A DNA stretch of 61,995 bases, filler included, from Catajapyx aquilonaris (Eukaryota), in NCBI GenBank assembly GCA_000934665.2. It is 3 parts of 3 records of this genome, joined end to end, with 100 filler letters (N's around TTAATTAATTAA, not from the genome) between each part and the next. Parts side by side here need not be neighbours in the genome. Positions count along the whole stretch, not along the records: positions 20,838 to 41,372 come from JYFJ02006242.1; positions 41,473 to 61,995 come from JYFJ02006243.1; 1 more part is not named here. One strand, written 5' to 3'. The position numbers were made by a program, and so were the translations under genes. Below the pieces are notes generated by a model, which saw only the letters and a program-made list of their open reading frames with translations, was not told where the DNA came from and made no database searches. Positions 36,401 to 47,500 of this stretch are shown here, in pieces (the stretch's first letter is position 1; every line of letters begins with the position of its first letter).

Positions 36401-39400
36401 CAAGAAGCAATCAGCAGCAATAACTAGGGCATTTATCAAATCCTTCAAACCTACCAGTAGATGCAGGCACCAAAAACCACACCCAATGCAAGATACCTTC
36501 CTAAACAAAATAATAAAAAGTTTGGGTTGTATAATACGGACATTATCTGTACAATGTACATGCAATTGTCTAATTCACCACCACTGCTCCTGTGTTTATG
36601 GATTGTCTACTGTAAGGTACTCTACACAGTAAGCAGCTACTCTACATAATATACCAGTGTACAATGGAACAGTCTTGTGTCACCATAAACCTGGCAAGGG
36701 GAGAAGTCCTGGAAGACTACCGGGGAGGAGGAGGGGGCAGGCGGAGGGGAGGACAGCCACAGAGTCAAGTGGGCCATGCTCTCAAGAAGCTCCCCAAAGA
36801 CCTGACTACACCCTGGCATTAAGCCCTCAGACTTTCCTTCTCCCTTGGCCATATGACGCTTGTAAAGTGCTAGCCCACCCCATTAACTTCCCCTCTTCGT
36901 TTTGTTTTAAGGCTAGGACCTTCATTCCAGCTGGGAATGAATCAGCCAGCAGACATTCCCACTGCAATAAGGCCTCACAGCTCCTTTACAGCCCAGCTAA
37001 CTGCCGTCTTACACTCTTACTCCCCCTATTTAAGCAAGAAATAGGCCTTTGACTATTCCCTTTCCATTTCCTACCACTTATCAAAAACTTGGGAATAGTT
37101 TGGCATTTAACGCATTTTCTTATCTGCACCTGCATCATTTCATGCAATTCATCGTGGTATGGCACAGGGCGAACCTGGTATATATTATTTTGCACCAAAT
37201 AATTCTGGCCAAGGAAGAGGATGAAACAAGCACAGAGGAACAAGAACCATCCAAATGTGATTGAAGCAGAGAGCTCATTTAGGTGTGTGGAACCAACCTG
37301 AAGAAGCGTTGTGCAGCAGCTGAGGGTGAAGAGGGGCGTGGGTGTCTCCCTCCAAAGAGGGGAGAAGAGAAAGCGCGTGCAGAATTTCGTCCAAGTCAGG
37401 GTGTGGTGTAGGTGGTGGTTTGGGTGCTGCAGGTGGTTGCGGTGGTGGGTGGGCAGGTCGTGGATGCTGCTGGTGGTGGATGGCGATCAGATTGCCATCC
37501 CCAGAAGCAGCGAAAGGGACGTGGAAGGGCAACTGGAATATTTGGTGGTGAGGTTGTTGGTGGTGAGGTTGTTGGTGGTGAGGTTGCAGGTGTGGCCGTG
37601 GTGGTGAGAGGAAAGGCAAAGGAAAATTGTCTGCTTGTCCTTCGCTAGGTGTCAGTGGCGGGCGTGTCTCTCTTCCTGCAACAAGAAAGGGTCATCATCC
37701 AGCGTCTGGGGAATCGTGTATGTGGAACGTGGAAAGACTATAGCAATTGAAGTAACGGTGTGTTTCGCACGTGAAAGACATGCAGCTCAAGAGGCAACGC
37801 TGAAACTGAAAACACTGTGCAGGTGACCCTCGTGCTAGTGTTCAGCAGGGTCAGATGCGAGACTGACCTGGATGTTGGTTCGGTGATGCCGTACAAGCCC
37901 AAGCCAAACAGCAGCCCTCTCCAGGTGCTGGTACCAAAGTTGCCATGTGCATCGGACATGGTAATGACGGTGGTGGTGACGCTAGTACAGGAGGGCACAA
38001 CTGTTCGCAGCTCACGTTGCCAAACAGGCAGTGACAACGTCGTTCACAGCCTGACAACCGCACCGGGATCAGTTGAAGATGAGAGAACAGTTCACCGCGG
38101 ACAACACATGAGGAATTCCTGGCGCAGTGGACTTCCGGGCAGCATCGCGGTGGTTGAGGCACAAATCCTGGTTCTGCTTCCCATTCCAAGCAATGTGGAT
38201 CCAAGAGCTCCAGTCCGAACTCGGAGGGACACTCCAACGACGTGCATCGTATGTCACCACCTCTTCCACAGACGCAGAAAGATTCGCAGCCGTCGTGAAA
38301 TTCTTCGCCGATTAGGAACCTGTGACCTTTGTATTCGCAAAATTCATCAGCTGGGGACAGAGTGCTGGTTGATGGTGGCGTGGCAGTGCTGCTGGGTTCG
38401 CTGGTTGAGGTGGTGGCACTTGTAGTTGTTGTGCTGGGTGAAGTCGTTGTTGGTGGACTGGGGGTTGTAGTGGTAGTCGACGAAATGGGGGTTGGACTAG
38501 TAGTGGTGGTGGTTGTGGTGGTAGCTGGGAGGGCAGTTGATGCGTTTCCTACATCAGAGAGAAAGCATTCGGGGATCCTGTCAAACATGGTAATTTGCCT
38601 AAAATTTGCTCTCCATTAAGCACTCTAAGATCGATCACGAGATCAGTCAATTTTTTTGCAATTGATCTGGAGATCGATTGAACACTACTGAATGCCGATT
38701 GTTTTTCTAAAGTCGAAGCTATTGGGGCATAAAGTGATTTGCTCCATAACAAAATAATATTCACTTCGTCGTCACCGTCAAAAAGTCTGCAGTCAGAGTG
38801 ATGTGCACCAAAGAATCTGGGAAGGGTCCCATGGCTCAGTAGAGAGAAAGAGACACAGAGAGACACAGATTTTGATATTCCCCTCGTTTTGTAACAGAAC
38901 ACAAATTACCGAGACCTCGTTACGACATGCACAAGAAATAGAAGCACACTGCACCGTATAGTTGGAATCGGCCAGTGCAGTGGGCACAGAGTTGAACCAT
39001 TGGAGGTGATGTAATAGGAATGAAAATAATTTCTCGCTGACGGAAGAGGCATATTTCTTCTTGATTTCACACTTCGCATGCTTCGTGAGAAAAAATTCTG
39101 CAGATAAAATAATTTGAAAATGACTCTTACTCAGTGGCAAGATTGCGATTTTTCTTACCCCATCAGGTGAATACGTCAGTGATAGGAAGAAAAATTATGA
39201 GAACAAATTCCCACACAGTCAGCTACAGTATTTGGTAGTGCTTGAGGGAAGGGGCGCTGAAGAATACGGGACAATAGGCAATGCATATAAAGAAATTGTG
39301 AAATGAGGTTATTACTGCAGCATATTTTGAAAACCATTCTGTCAGTGGCCCTTTTTAAATGGCGTGCGGTAACAATTTTTAAGTTTTAATATATTGTAAC

Positions 39401-40220
39401 AATTTATGTTGAGAACATGCTTTACATCACACCACACGTCTAGCAACCCTACTTGACGGTAATCTCTATGCAGGCAATATCAACATATCTTAATTTCCAC
39501 TGCTCGACCTGCTCTACTGTACCATTAAAATAATTCTTCGCCGACCCTAAAGCAAATTATTTCTTCTCTTATTCCACAGCAAAGTCTGCAAATCTGAAAT
39601 ATGACAATTACAATTTTACAGAGTGACTTACCTGCGTTAGCCATCGCTTCCTCCTTTAACTCCTCCACCTCCATGACGTCACTGACATTCGCGTGCCGAT
39701 CTTCAACCATCGGCGCCTCCGTGGACATTTCCTCCTCCGTCTCTTCCTCCTCGCTCTCTTCGGAAGTCACGTTCGTCCTCATGACCTCCCCTTCCATATC
39801 TTGGTCACAAACAGTGACCATACAACACGGATCTGACGGATCCGGAAGAGTGGTGCACTTGTCGGAAGCGGGTGCCACGCTGGCTGGGGGGCACCTACCG
39901 GAAGAAAGCACAAACCACTTGTTAAATACTAGGCCTACACACGAGTGTAAGTGCCAGACTCACCGTGCGTGACATGTGACGTCACCGAATCCGACGCACA
40001 AGCATCGCTGCTCGCATCCATCCGCAAACGTCTCATTGCGATTGTAGGTGCGATTCTTGTAAAGACATCCTTCAGAAGGAACAGGAGGATGTGGGGAACT
40101 TGCTTCTGATGACTCTCCAGATTTGTCCTCGCACTCCACGACCTCGCAGCAGGAATCCCGGGGGTCACGCTCCACAGTGCATCCGGGCTTGACCTCGCTG
40201 GGGGTCGGTGGACACCGGGC
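33420..40220 (-). CDS. sas: Epidermal cell surface receptor Stranded at second (VWC repeats, Thr-rich and His/Pro-rich spacers, 3 FN3 domains, TM, short tail); 5' part missing
   Basis: Exons 40220-39964, 39894-39632, 38548-37868, 37675-37298, 36209-36159, 36091-35780, 35723-35385, 34197-33978, 33913-33804, 33738-33530, 33467-33420; GT-AG, phases consistent, 955 aa. Cys-rich VWC patterns ([15 protein letters not shown]), three FN3-like segments, [26 protein letters not shown] and cytoplasmic YDNPSY. Confidence 0.9.
34409..34476. mobile_element. Minimal Tigger/pogo-type MITE (68 bp)
   Basis: 22-bp TIR CAGTAAAACCTCRATATAACAC (1 mismatch), TA on both flanks. Confidence 0.85.
34818..34940. mobile_element. 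Palindromic MITE-like hairpin (123 bp)
   Basis: 54-bp arms TGCCTGGTTGYACCAACAAAATTACCG...GATAG with about 5 mismatches and a 15-bp loop. TSD not resolved. Confidence 0.75.
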
Positions 40221-41200
40221 CTGTCAAACAGAACGAGCTTACATGTGGTGGAGCGTTTGTTGTGCTCTCAAAGCCTATTGATTGTTTTCGACATGTGCAG
40301 TCCAAGCTGTCATTCATGTTAAAATCTCGTATTGCTATGGTCCGTACTATCGTGAATGACAGAACGGTTTTGTCCGGAGGCCATTTCACAGAAAAAAAAG
40401 AAGAAAAAAACAGGGTAGCAATGCAGTTGGAATGAAAATGTTCGCTTCATTGTGGTTGGGTGAAATATTCTGTCGGTGTTGCTGAAATTAGAGCTTTCTT
40501 GTTATGAAGAGCATGAGGCATTTTTGCGGATCAAAAGTCACCTGGAGCATTCGTGGGAAACTCTACCCAAAGGCACTGCAGCTACATAGGTACTGCTGCT
40601 CATTTTGCTGCTGTAGAGAGTAGATTGTGCGTGCCAAATTGGAGAGCAAAAATATTACCAGTTTCACAGGTCAGATTATATTTTGATATTGTTAGTGCCC
40701 TTCAATGAATTCAATTATTTCACAGCAAATATGAATTGTGGTATGAAATTATCAGGTCTTTGTTCAGGGTTATTAAGCTGACAATATTTTGTGGACAGTG
40801 CAGCATGGCCTGTCGGTAAAAATGCCAAAAATCAGTAATATTTAGATGTATACAAATATGTTAATATGACTTGTGTCTTATGCAACACACATGTGTCTGA
40901 AATCAACCAATGAGCATAATTGTACTGTCCTGTTCTATTTATGTAATGATGTCCTCAGTTTCAAAATAATAAGCAACTGATAAATATAGAAAAATGTCTC
41001 CCTCTTACAAGGGAAGTGTCTGTAGGGCCATCGGCCAATCGGCCCGAAAATGACACTAGGGGTAAATCGCAGGCCAGAAATTCATTGGTGAAAGTAAAAA
41101 GTTGCATTAGCCAAGCGTTTTCGAGATATGGGCGACTATAGGTGCCCGGCAAACCTGCTCGGTGACAATAGGGCGCATTCGGCAGAAGAAATTATAAACA

Positions 41201-41283
41201 GTCTTCGTGGCTCAGTCGGTAGCGCGTCCGTCTCCTGATCCGAAGTCTCCACGTTCAAATCCGCGGGAAGCGACTTTTTTTTT
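41201..41283 (+). pseudogene. tRNA-derived (tRNA-Met-like) degenerate Pol III unit or SINE head
   Basis: A-box TGGCTCAGTCGG, B-box GTTCAAATCC, tRNA length, then a T9 run. Stems are imperfect. The core GCGCGTCCGTCTCCTGATCCGAAG resembles tRNA-Met GCGCGTCAGTCTCATAATCTGAAG. Confidence 0.65.
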
Positions 41284-41372
41284 CCCTCCCTCTCTCGTCT
41301 CGGAGCATCGTTTTCTTTTTCTTTCTTCCCCGACACCGTTTATCACCGCATATCTTCCCTTTTGCAATCAAC

Positions 41373-41472
41373 NNNNNNNNNNNNNNNNNNNNNNNNNNNN
41401 NNNNNNNNNNNNNNNNTTAATTAATTAANNNNNNNNNNNNNNNNNNNNNNNNNNNNNNNNNNNNNNNNNNNN
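41373..41472. other. Artificial contig-joining linker
   Basis: 44 N + TTAATTAATTAA (41417-41428) + 44 N. Confidence 0.97.
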
Positions 41473-41568
41473 CAGTTTTGCATTTAATATTGCTTGAGAT
41501 CTAATAAGATTTCGGTGTAATTATCCACGCTCTTTTTTCCCCGTGCGAAGAACGGGTACCGCTGCTAG
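41473..41568 (+). mobile_element. Helitron 3' terminus
   Basis: Hairpin CCCGT-GCGAAGA-ACGGG (41540-41556), an 8-nt spacer, then CTAG (41565-41568) followed by T and a (TA)n tract. Confidence 0.7.
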
Positions 41569-41653
41569 TATATATATATATATATATATATATACATACA
41601 TACACATATTGTCATATATAATATTATATATAAAATAATAATATAAATTTCAG

Positions 41654-42253
41654 GAGAACAGTTGAAGCTTACGGTGACCCCTGAAGAGTACATGGATCAG
41701 CTGGTGGAGTATTGCATCCTTAAGATCTCGGCAATGGCCACAGTTGAGGAGACGAAGCAGACCTGGTCGGAGGAGGATGACTTCCAGATAGTCAAGCCGG
41801 ATCTGGAGATACGTGTGAACGAGAACTTGCCTGTTGGGAAGCCTGCGAGGGCCAACTTTGTCTTTAAAAATCCGCTCAAGAAGGAGCTGACCCAATGTCA
41901 GCTCAGATATGAAGGACCTGGGGTCACCAGGACGCAGGTTGTCAAGTTCAGGTGGGTTCAGGTCCATACCACCCGGGGGATATCGTCCATGGGACGTTAT
42001 CTGGATCTCCCTGATGGATCATGGATGTCCTATATGCATGTCAATGTGCTATTGGGAGGCTTATAAAAAATTCAGATAAATTAATAGATGTTTATCAATT
42101 TTCAGTCGCAGTATAGGACCGGAAGAGGAAGTGTCATACACTCACACCTTCCTGCCACGTCGTACTGGGATCCAAAATATGGTTGCAACATTTGCGTCTA
42201 AAGAACTGATAGACATAGTGGGTTCGACCGCTGTCACCATCACAGAGGAATAA
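41654..42253 (+). CDS. Transglutaminase (hemocyte protein-glutamine gamma-glutamyltransferase-like), last two exons encoding C-terminal Ig-like domains
   Basis: Exons 41654-41951 and 42106-42253. Motifs EEYMDQLVEYCILKISAMATVEETKQTWSEEDDFQIVKP, FKNPLKKELTQC, EGPG, ATFASKELIDIVGS. AATAAA lies at and after the stop. Confidence 0.88.
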
Positions 42254-42915
42254 ACATTTTTTGCTGAAAATGTCCCACAATGCAAATAAACAATGCAGGG
42301 CATGAACCGTAATAACAATGCTATAACTACCACTCTTAATTAGTATGTTGCTCACCTGGCAACACGTAGTTCTGCAGTTAATAACTTGTTTGGCGCACGA
42401 TTCATGCTCATTTGATCACGCGATCACAACTTTTATTGCACACATTTTATGTGTATTACCTTGGTATTACCCTGATGCATAGTTTCATGTACAGAAGTGT
42501 AGCCAGAGTGTGGTGCTTCGTACACATGTACCCAAAATTGCTTTGAATAATTTACTAATAAAGATTTAAAATCATCAATTAATTAATTACTTGTTTACTT
42601 GGAAAAATAATGCAATTGACTGAAATGGTTTATTCTAGCAACCTTGGAAGATGCAATTATACTGTAAATTCACTTTTATTCCTGACAGTTGCAGGAAATA
42701 AACTATATTGCAATATCATTAAAAATGGTCAAGGTCATGAAAGTTTCCTGATATGTTTACACGAAAGTGGCAAGTACTGTTCATATCGCATGAAAACATG
42801 ATAAGATAATTTTCTTTGAAGTCATGCCATATAATAACACAGTTGTGCTATGCAATAAGGATGTGAGGTACATAGTACAGTTTGGATCTGCCACGAATAC
42901 TACTAACAAGAAGAC

Positions 42916-43995
42916 ATGGCACCCAACAAAGATGATGTTGGAGCTATGATGCAGGAGTGGACAGTGGCGTCGACCATACCAGCACTGGACACCCCGTCTC
43001 CAGATGATCCTCCTCCAGATTGGGTCGACAAAGCTAGTTTCAAGCGCGGTCAGGAGTTTGGATCTAAGAATTTCGGAATCATCTTCATGGCGATTATGGC
43101 TGGACTTGCATCCTCGTTCATCGTTAAGGGTGTTGAAAAAGTGGTTGGGTTCACCGGTACGCTCAAGTCTCTTCCAAAGTGCTTCAGACACATTAGAGGA
43201 TTTCGGGAGCATGTGGTGGCCTGGTCAACAACCGACATCTGGGATCCGACCAGCCCTTCCTATGCAAAGACAGTGTCCGTGCAGCAGAAACACAAAAGAG
43301 CGGGCATTTCGGCCAACAGGAATAGGGAAAAAGTAGAGAGTCTCGTACCGGACATGTCAGCAGAACAGAGCATACTGGATAAATGTACAATGTGGCCGCT
43401 GGTTCAAAAAGACTTCAGGGCCATCACGACTAAAGGTGCCTTCGAGCTCCCAAAAGACAGCTTCTACTTGAGTCAGTTCGATGCAGTGTCTGTGATTTTG
43501 GGGCTGTCCTTCCCAATAGTGTTGTGTCCGGAGAAGCTGGGCCTCCATGGTGTGTCTAACCAGGAAATGGAGGACTTTCTTCACTACATCAGGGTCATCG
43601 CTTATTACATGGGTGTGCAGGACCGTTACAACCCTTGCGCTGGAGGCCTGGACGAATATCGATCATACTCACGAAAGTACGTTGACGCAGTTGTCATTCC
43701 AACGCTCCAGAATCTGTCCCAAGAGCAGGAGTTCTACTTCCGAATGATCATGGAGACAGTGTTTCACAATAAGGGTATGCTATCCGCACTGACTCCTAGT
43801 ACAGATGCCGCATTGCTTTTTCTTGGGTGGTTCCTGGACGTGGATCTTCCCAACTGCTACCAGCACGTGAGTTGGTTCGTCCGACTTCAATTATGGGCCT
43901 TCAAGTTCCTGGCTTCCGTCATAATGCAATTTTCACTAATGAGAAAGTTTATTAATCATGCTGTCCAAACATCGTTTCTCAATAAGTTCAAGTAA
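42916..43995 (+). CDS. ER-bound oxygenase MpaB / rubber oxygenase-like (DUF2236) family protein, intronless CDS, 359 aa
   Basis: Single ATG-TAA ORF with motifs recalled from the arthropod family: PDWVDKASFKRGQEF, HVVAW, VQQKH, LSQFD, PEKLGL, DFLHYIRVIAYYMGVQDRYNPC. AATAAA at about 44115. Confidence 0.75.
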   Translation: MAPNKDDVGAMMQEWTVASTIPALDTPSPDDPPPDWVDKASFKRGQEFGSKNFGIIFMAIMAGLASSFIVKGVEKVVGFTGTLKSLPKCFRHIRGFREHVVAWSTTDIWDPTSPSYAKTVSVQQKHKRAGISANRNREKVESLVPDMSAEQSILDKCTMWPLVQKDFRAITTKGAFELPKDSFYLSQFDAVSVILGLSFPIVLCPEKLGLHGVSNQEMEDFLHYIRVIAYYMGVQDRYNPCAGGLDEYRSYSRKYVDAVVIPTLQNLSQEQEFYFRMIMETVFHNKGMLSALTPSTDAALLFLGWFLDVDLPNCYQHVSWFVRLQLWAFKFLASVIMQFSLMRKFINHAVQTSFLNKFK

Positions 43996-44568
43996 AGCTC
44001 TTCTGCGCTATAAATAACAGCCTATAGTAGTTAAAATTTGTTTGGATTTCATCAACATAACATAGATGACGTGATCTTCAGTTATTGTCAATTCACCTGG
44101 ATTTCTGCAGTGAAAATAAAACATTTCTTTTCCTAAGCTACTCAAGTTTCATTTTACATTTTAAAAACATCTTTGGTTTATTTTACGTTGCTATTTTTAG
44201 AACACAATAGGCCCACACGTTGCCAAAATTAAACACCTGATTGGCCTTATGGGGGGAAATTGCTTCGTAGGACCCAGTACACCAAAATGATATTGAACTT
44301 TCAACAAGTTTTAATTAACAAAAATTAAAATTTAACAATATTAGACGCACCATATGGATTTTTTAAACAATTGCACAGCTATCATCACTTTGACCTGAGT
44401 AACAATGTTTTCGTACAATTTCGTTGAAGTAGCGATGTACCATCTGAAGCTAAAAATATAGGTTGGATAAGGAAATGTGTAGTTCTCTGTAATGATCCAA
44501 AATATCAGGACCACGCTACAGAGCAAGAGTATGATATTAATACTTTTCTGCATTCCATCTTAACTTTT

Positions 44569-47500
44569 TCACCGTGTGCTGAGCATTGATGACGCAAATA
44601 TCTGCTGCAATATCTGTGGTATGTTGCCCAGATCCATGCAAACAAAGGCACGTCCAGCTGGGAGACGTTGGGTCAATCTGAAATGGATTCAATAACGTTT
44701 ATAAAATTATCAGGTATATTGCACTTTCACAAAATAATGAGAATAGTTGCTAACCTGATAGCCTGGTCTCCCAATGATCCGATGAAGATGGCAAAGGCAT
44801 GAACCCTCTCATCCGAAGTGAGTGCCTGTGCAAAGTTCTTGGGTGGTATGCCATATCTCTCCAGGTTAGCATCACTCATGACTATGACAAAAGCTTCGTC
44901 TGAATCCACTTCAGATAGAGCTTGGATGGATTCCAAGGTGGCCTCCAAGGTGTGGTCACCAGACAGGCAAAACTGCGAGTGAGCATGCATAGTCTGCGGA
45001 AGAAATTGAATGTCAATTACAGGTCAAAACCATTGAAACGCACCTTAACGCACCTTCAGGACGTCCAGCCTCTCTTTATTATCCTTCGGCACCTGATCAC
45101 ACTGCACAAGCTGAATGCACGAGTCTTCTCCCGAATGGCCCACAATATCATAACTAAACTTTTCCTCATAACCATCAAAAGCCTCCATCACCATCAGAGC
45201 AGCCTCCATGACTCGGTCCAGTCTCCCATCATACCCGTTGAACCTGTACATGCTTCCAGACACATCCACAACCAGTCTCAGCCTCTTCGGCTTCTGCTGC
45301 GGGGATCCCATCTCCGGATCCATCTCCGCCCGACGCTTGTATATAGACTTCTCGCCAGTCAAACCCTCGATCAATTTGGCATCATCCAGTTCGCCGCTGG
45401 TCTGATGACGAGCCCACTTCCGCTCTTTGCTTCGTGCTTGGACACTCCCTATGACCATCCTCAATCCCTGCACCTGGGTCCTAACAGCTGAAGAAAATCT
45501 CTCGTACAGCTCGGCATCAAACTCGCTCATTTGTATCTCCTTCAACCTCTCCTTGAATGCCTTCCGTGCCATCTCCCTGGCTGCCTCTGTTATGTGCAGA
45601 GGGACGGCTAGTTTTTCTGCTTCTGACACCTGGTGCACATTGTGACCTGCATCCAACCTGTATGGTCCTCCAGCACCACCTAGTCCAGCCGTGCCTCTTC
45701 CGCCAGTCCCTCCAGCCCAGGTGCCACCTCCAACATGCGGTGCACCTGTGGCATCTGTCTTTCCGTGTTTCGGAGTGGCAAAGTCATCCTTATTAAGTTT
45801 GCCTTCACGGTCAACAGTCATCTGCATCGGGCGATCTGTGTGAATGAGAATGTCATAAATATCTTCAGACAGCAATCGAATTGAAACAGGTCGGATCAAC
45901 TAGTCACATGAAGCACGAAACCTTACCAGTTCCAATCATTTTCCACCAGTTCTCCAGTGACGCTTGAAGAGGAATCACGCCTGTCTCCCAAAGTCGAACA
46001 CAACCTCCCGAATCGACAGTGGCCACACCATCATTGCTGGTGGCTGCCACTAACAGACCCGATTTGGTCACTGTATGTAGCCAATAGTTGTACCGAGACA
46101 CAAAATTTGACCTACAAGATGAAAAAAATATTGTCGTTTGGGAATATTTTAGCGGCAACACAGACTTACTTTGGTACTGGAACGTATCTGATCTTTCCAT
46201 GCACAAGATCGGAAACTTCCAGAAATGAAGTCACTTGTTCAGGAGGTTTTCCGACATCCTGGAACACTGCTCCTGGCACCTCCTTCGTCAGAATAGGTCG
46301 CACCACCTGACCCCAACCCCTCAGCAGGACCACGTTGCTGTCCGCACCATTGTTGACCTTCTCCTCCTCTGGCTCTGGCTTGACCGGCTCTCTGGGCCAT
46401 ACATACAGGTCAGTCTGACTCAGAGTGAGGTCAGGAAATCCGACAGATACGGCTCCATATGAATCGGCAGTTGCCATCAAGCGGTTAGGACTTGAGACGG
46501 ATTGGCTCACGGCTTTGCTCAGGATGCCTTCTTCCAGACTGTCCAAGTCGGCTGCCATAATTTGGCCCAGGGGCCGCCCTTGGGTTCCGCCTGTTATGGA
46601 CTCCTCCAGCTGCCGAAGTTCACGTGGACAGGGGTCATCCAGGTTTATTTTCTGCACAGCATAACGTCTGAAGTTTCAGAATAATATTAGCATCGGCAAT
46701 ACAGGTACATACATGATACCCCAACTTACTTTCCATCCATGTCTTCCAGCAGCCATCGGTCAGCTGCTACCAGATGAAGTGCATCGATTGTAACTGGAAC
46801 TGTTAAGGAGTATGCATCCAGTGTGTCCAAATCCATCAGTTCAATTTTGTGACCATGCCTTTGATACAAAACCTGCACGAAATTACCATACTGTCTTACA
46901 CTGCACAAAATATCATTCATCCGCTAATCATGACCAAACTCACTATAAGGTTATGCTCCGCTAAACCCGTAGCCATCCTGTACAGAGCATCGTCCTGCTT
47001 CAGAAAACTCTGCGAGAACTTTTCCTTGGCCGCTTCAACAACAGATCCCAGCTCTATTTTGATCACCTCGCCACTATCCGGGCTTATCAACAACATTCGG
47101 TTACTCTAGATCAGACGAAAATGCTTGAAATAACGTATGCACAAATGATGTGTCCGACTTACCATCTCTTCGTGCATGATGACCTGTCCCAACCTCTGTC
47201 CGCCTAGTGCTGCCAGAGAGAAACGTGCTCTCTGCATGGTGCGGAAGTATGGGAGGAAATCCTGCAGGATCACTTGCTGGATGATGTTTCCACTCGGCAC
47301 CATGGAGAACAAGCTGATGGGGTTCACCGACAGCACATGCACCACATCCTTCATAGGATCATTGCTCGAATCTGTGACACAAAAAGGACAAGTGAAAAAC
47401 TATTCATTCAATACTGGATGTTCTCGCTTGCCTTTAGTGACACACAGTGCTGCGGCTGCATTCGTCTGATCAATGGGAAGCGACCAGTATGTCTGCATCT

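Noticed and set aside
36267..37264. Possible antisense exons or small ORFs inside a sas intron (e.g. [15 protein letters not shown]...)
   Set aside because: I could not assemble a phase-consistent spliced model or recognise homology; RNA-seq is needed.
37817..38425. Long plus-strand ORFs opposite sas and VWA8 exons (also 44922-45491) and minus ORF 54351-55052
   Set aside because: They are antisense shadows of real coding exons.
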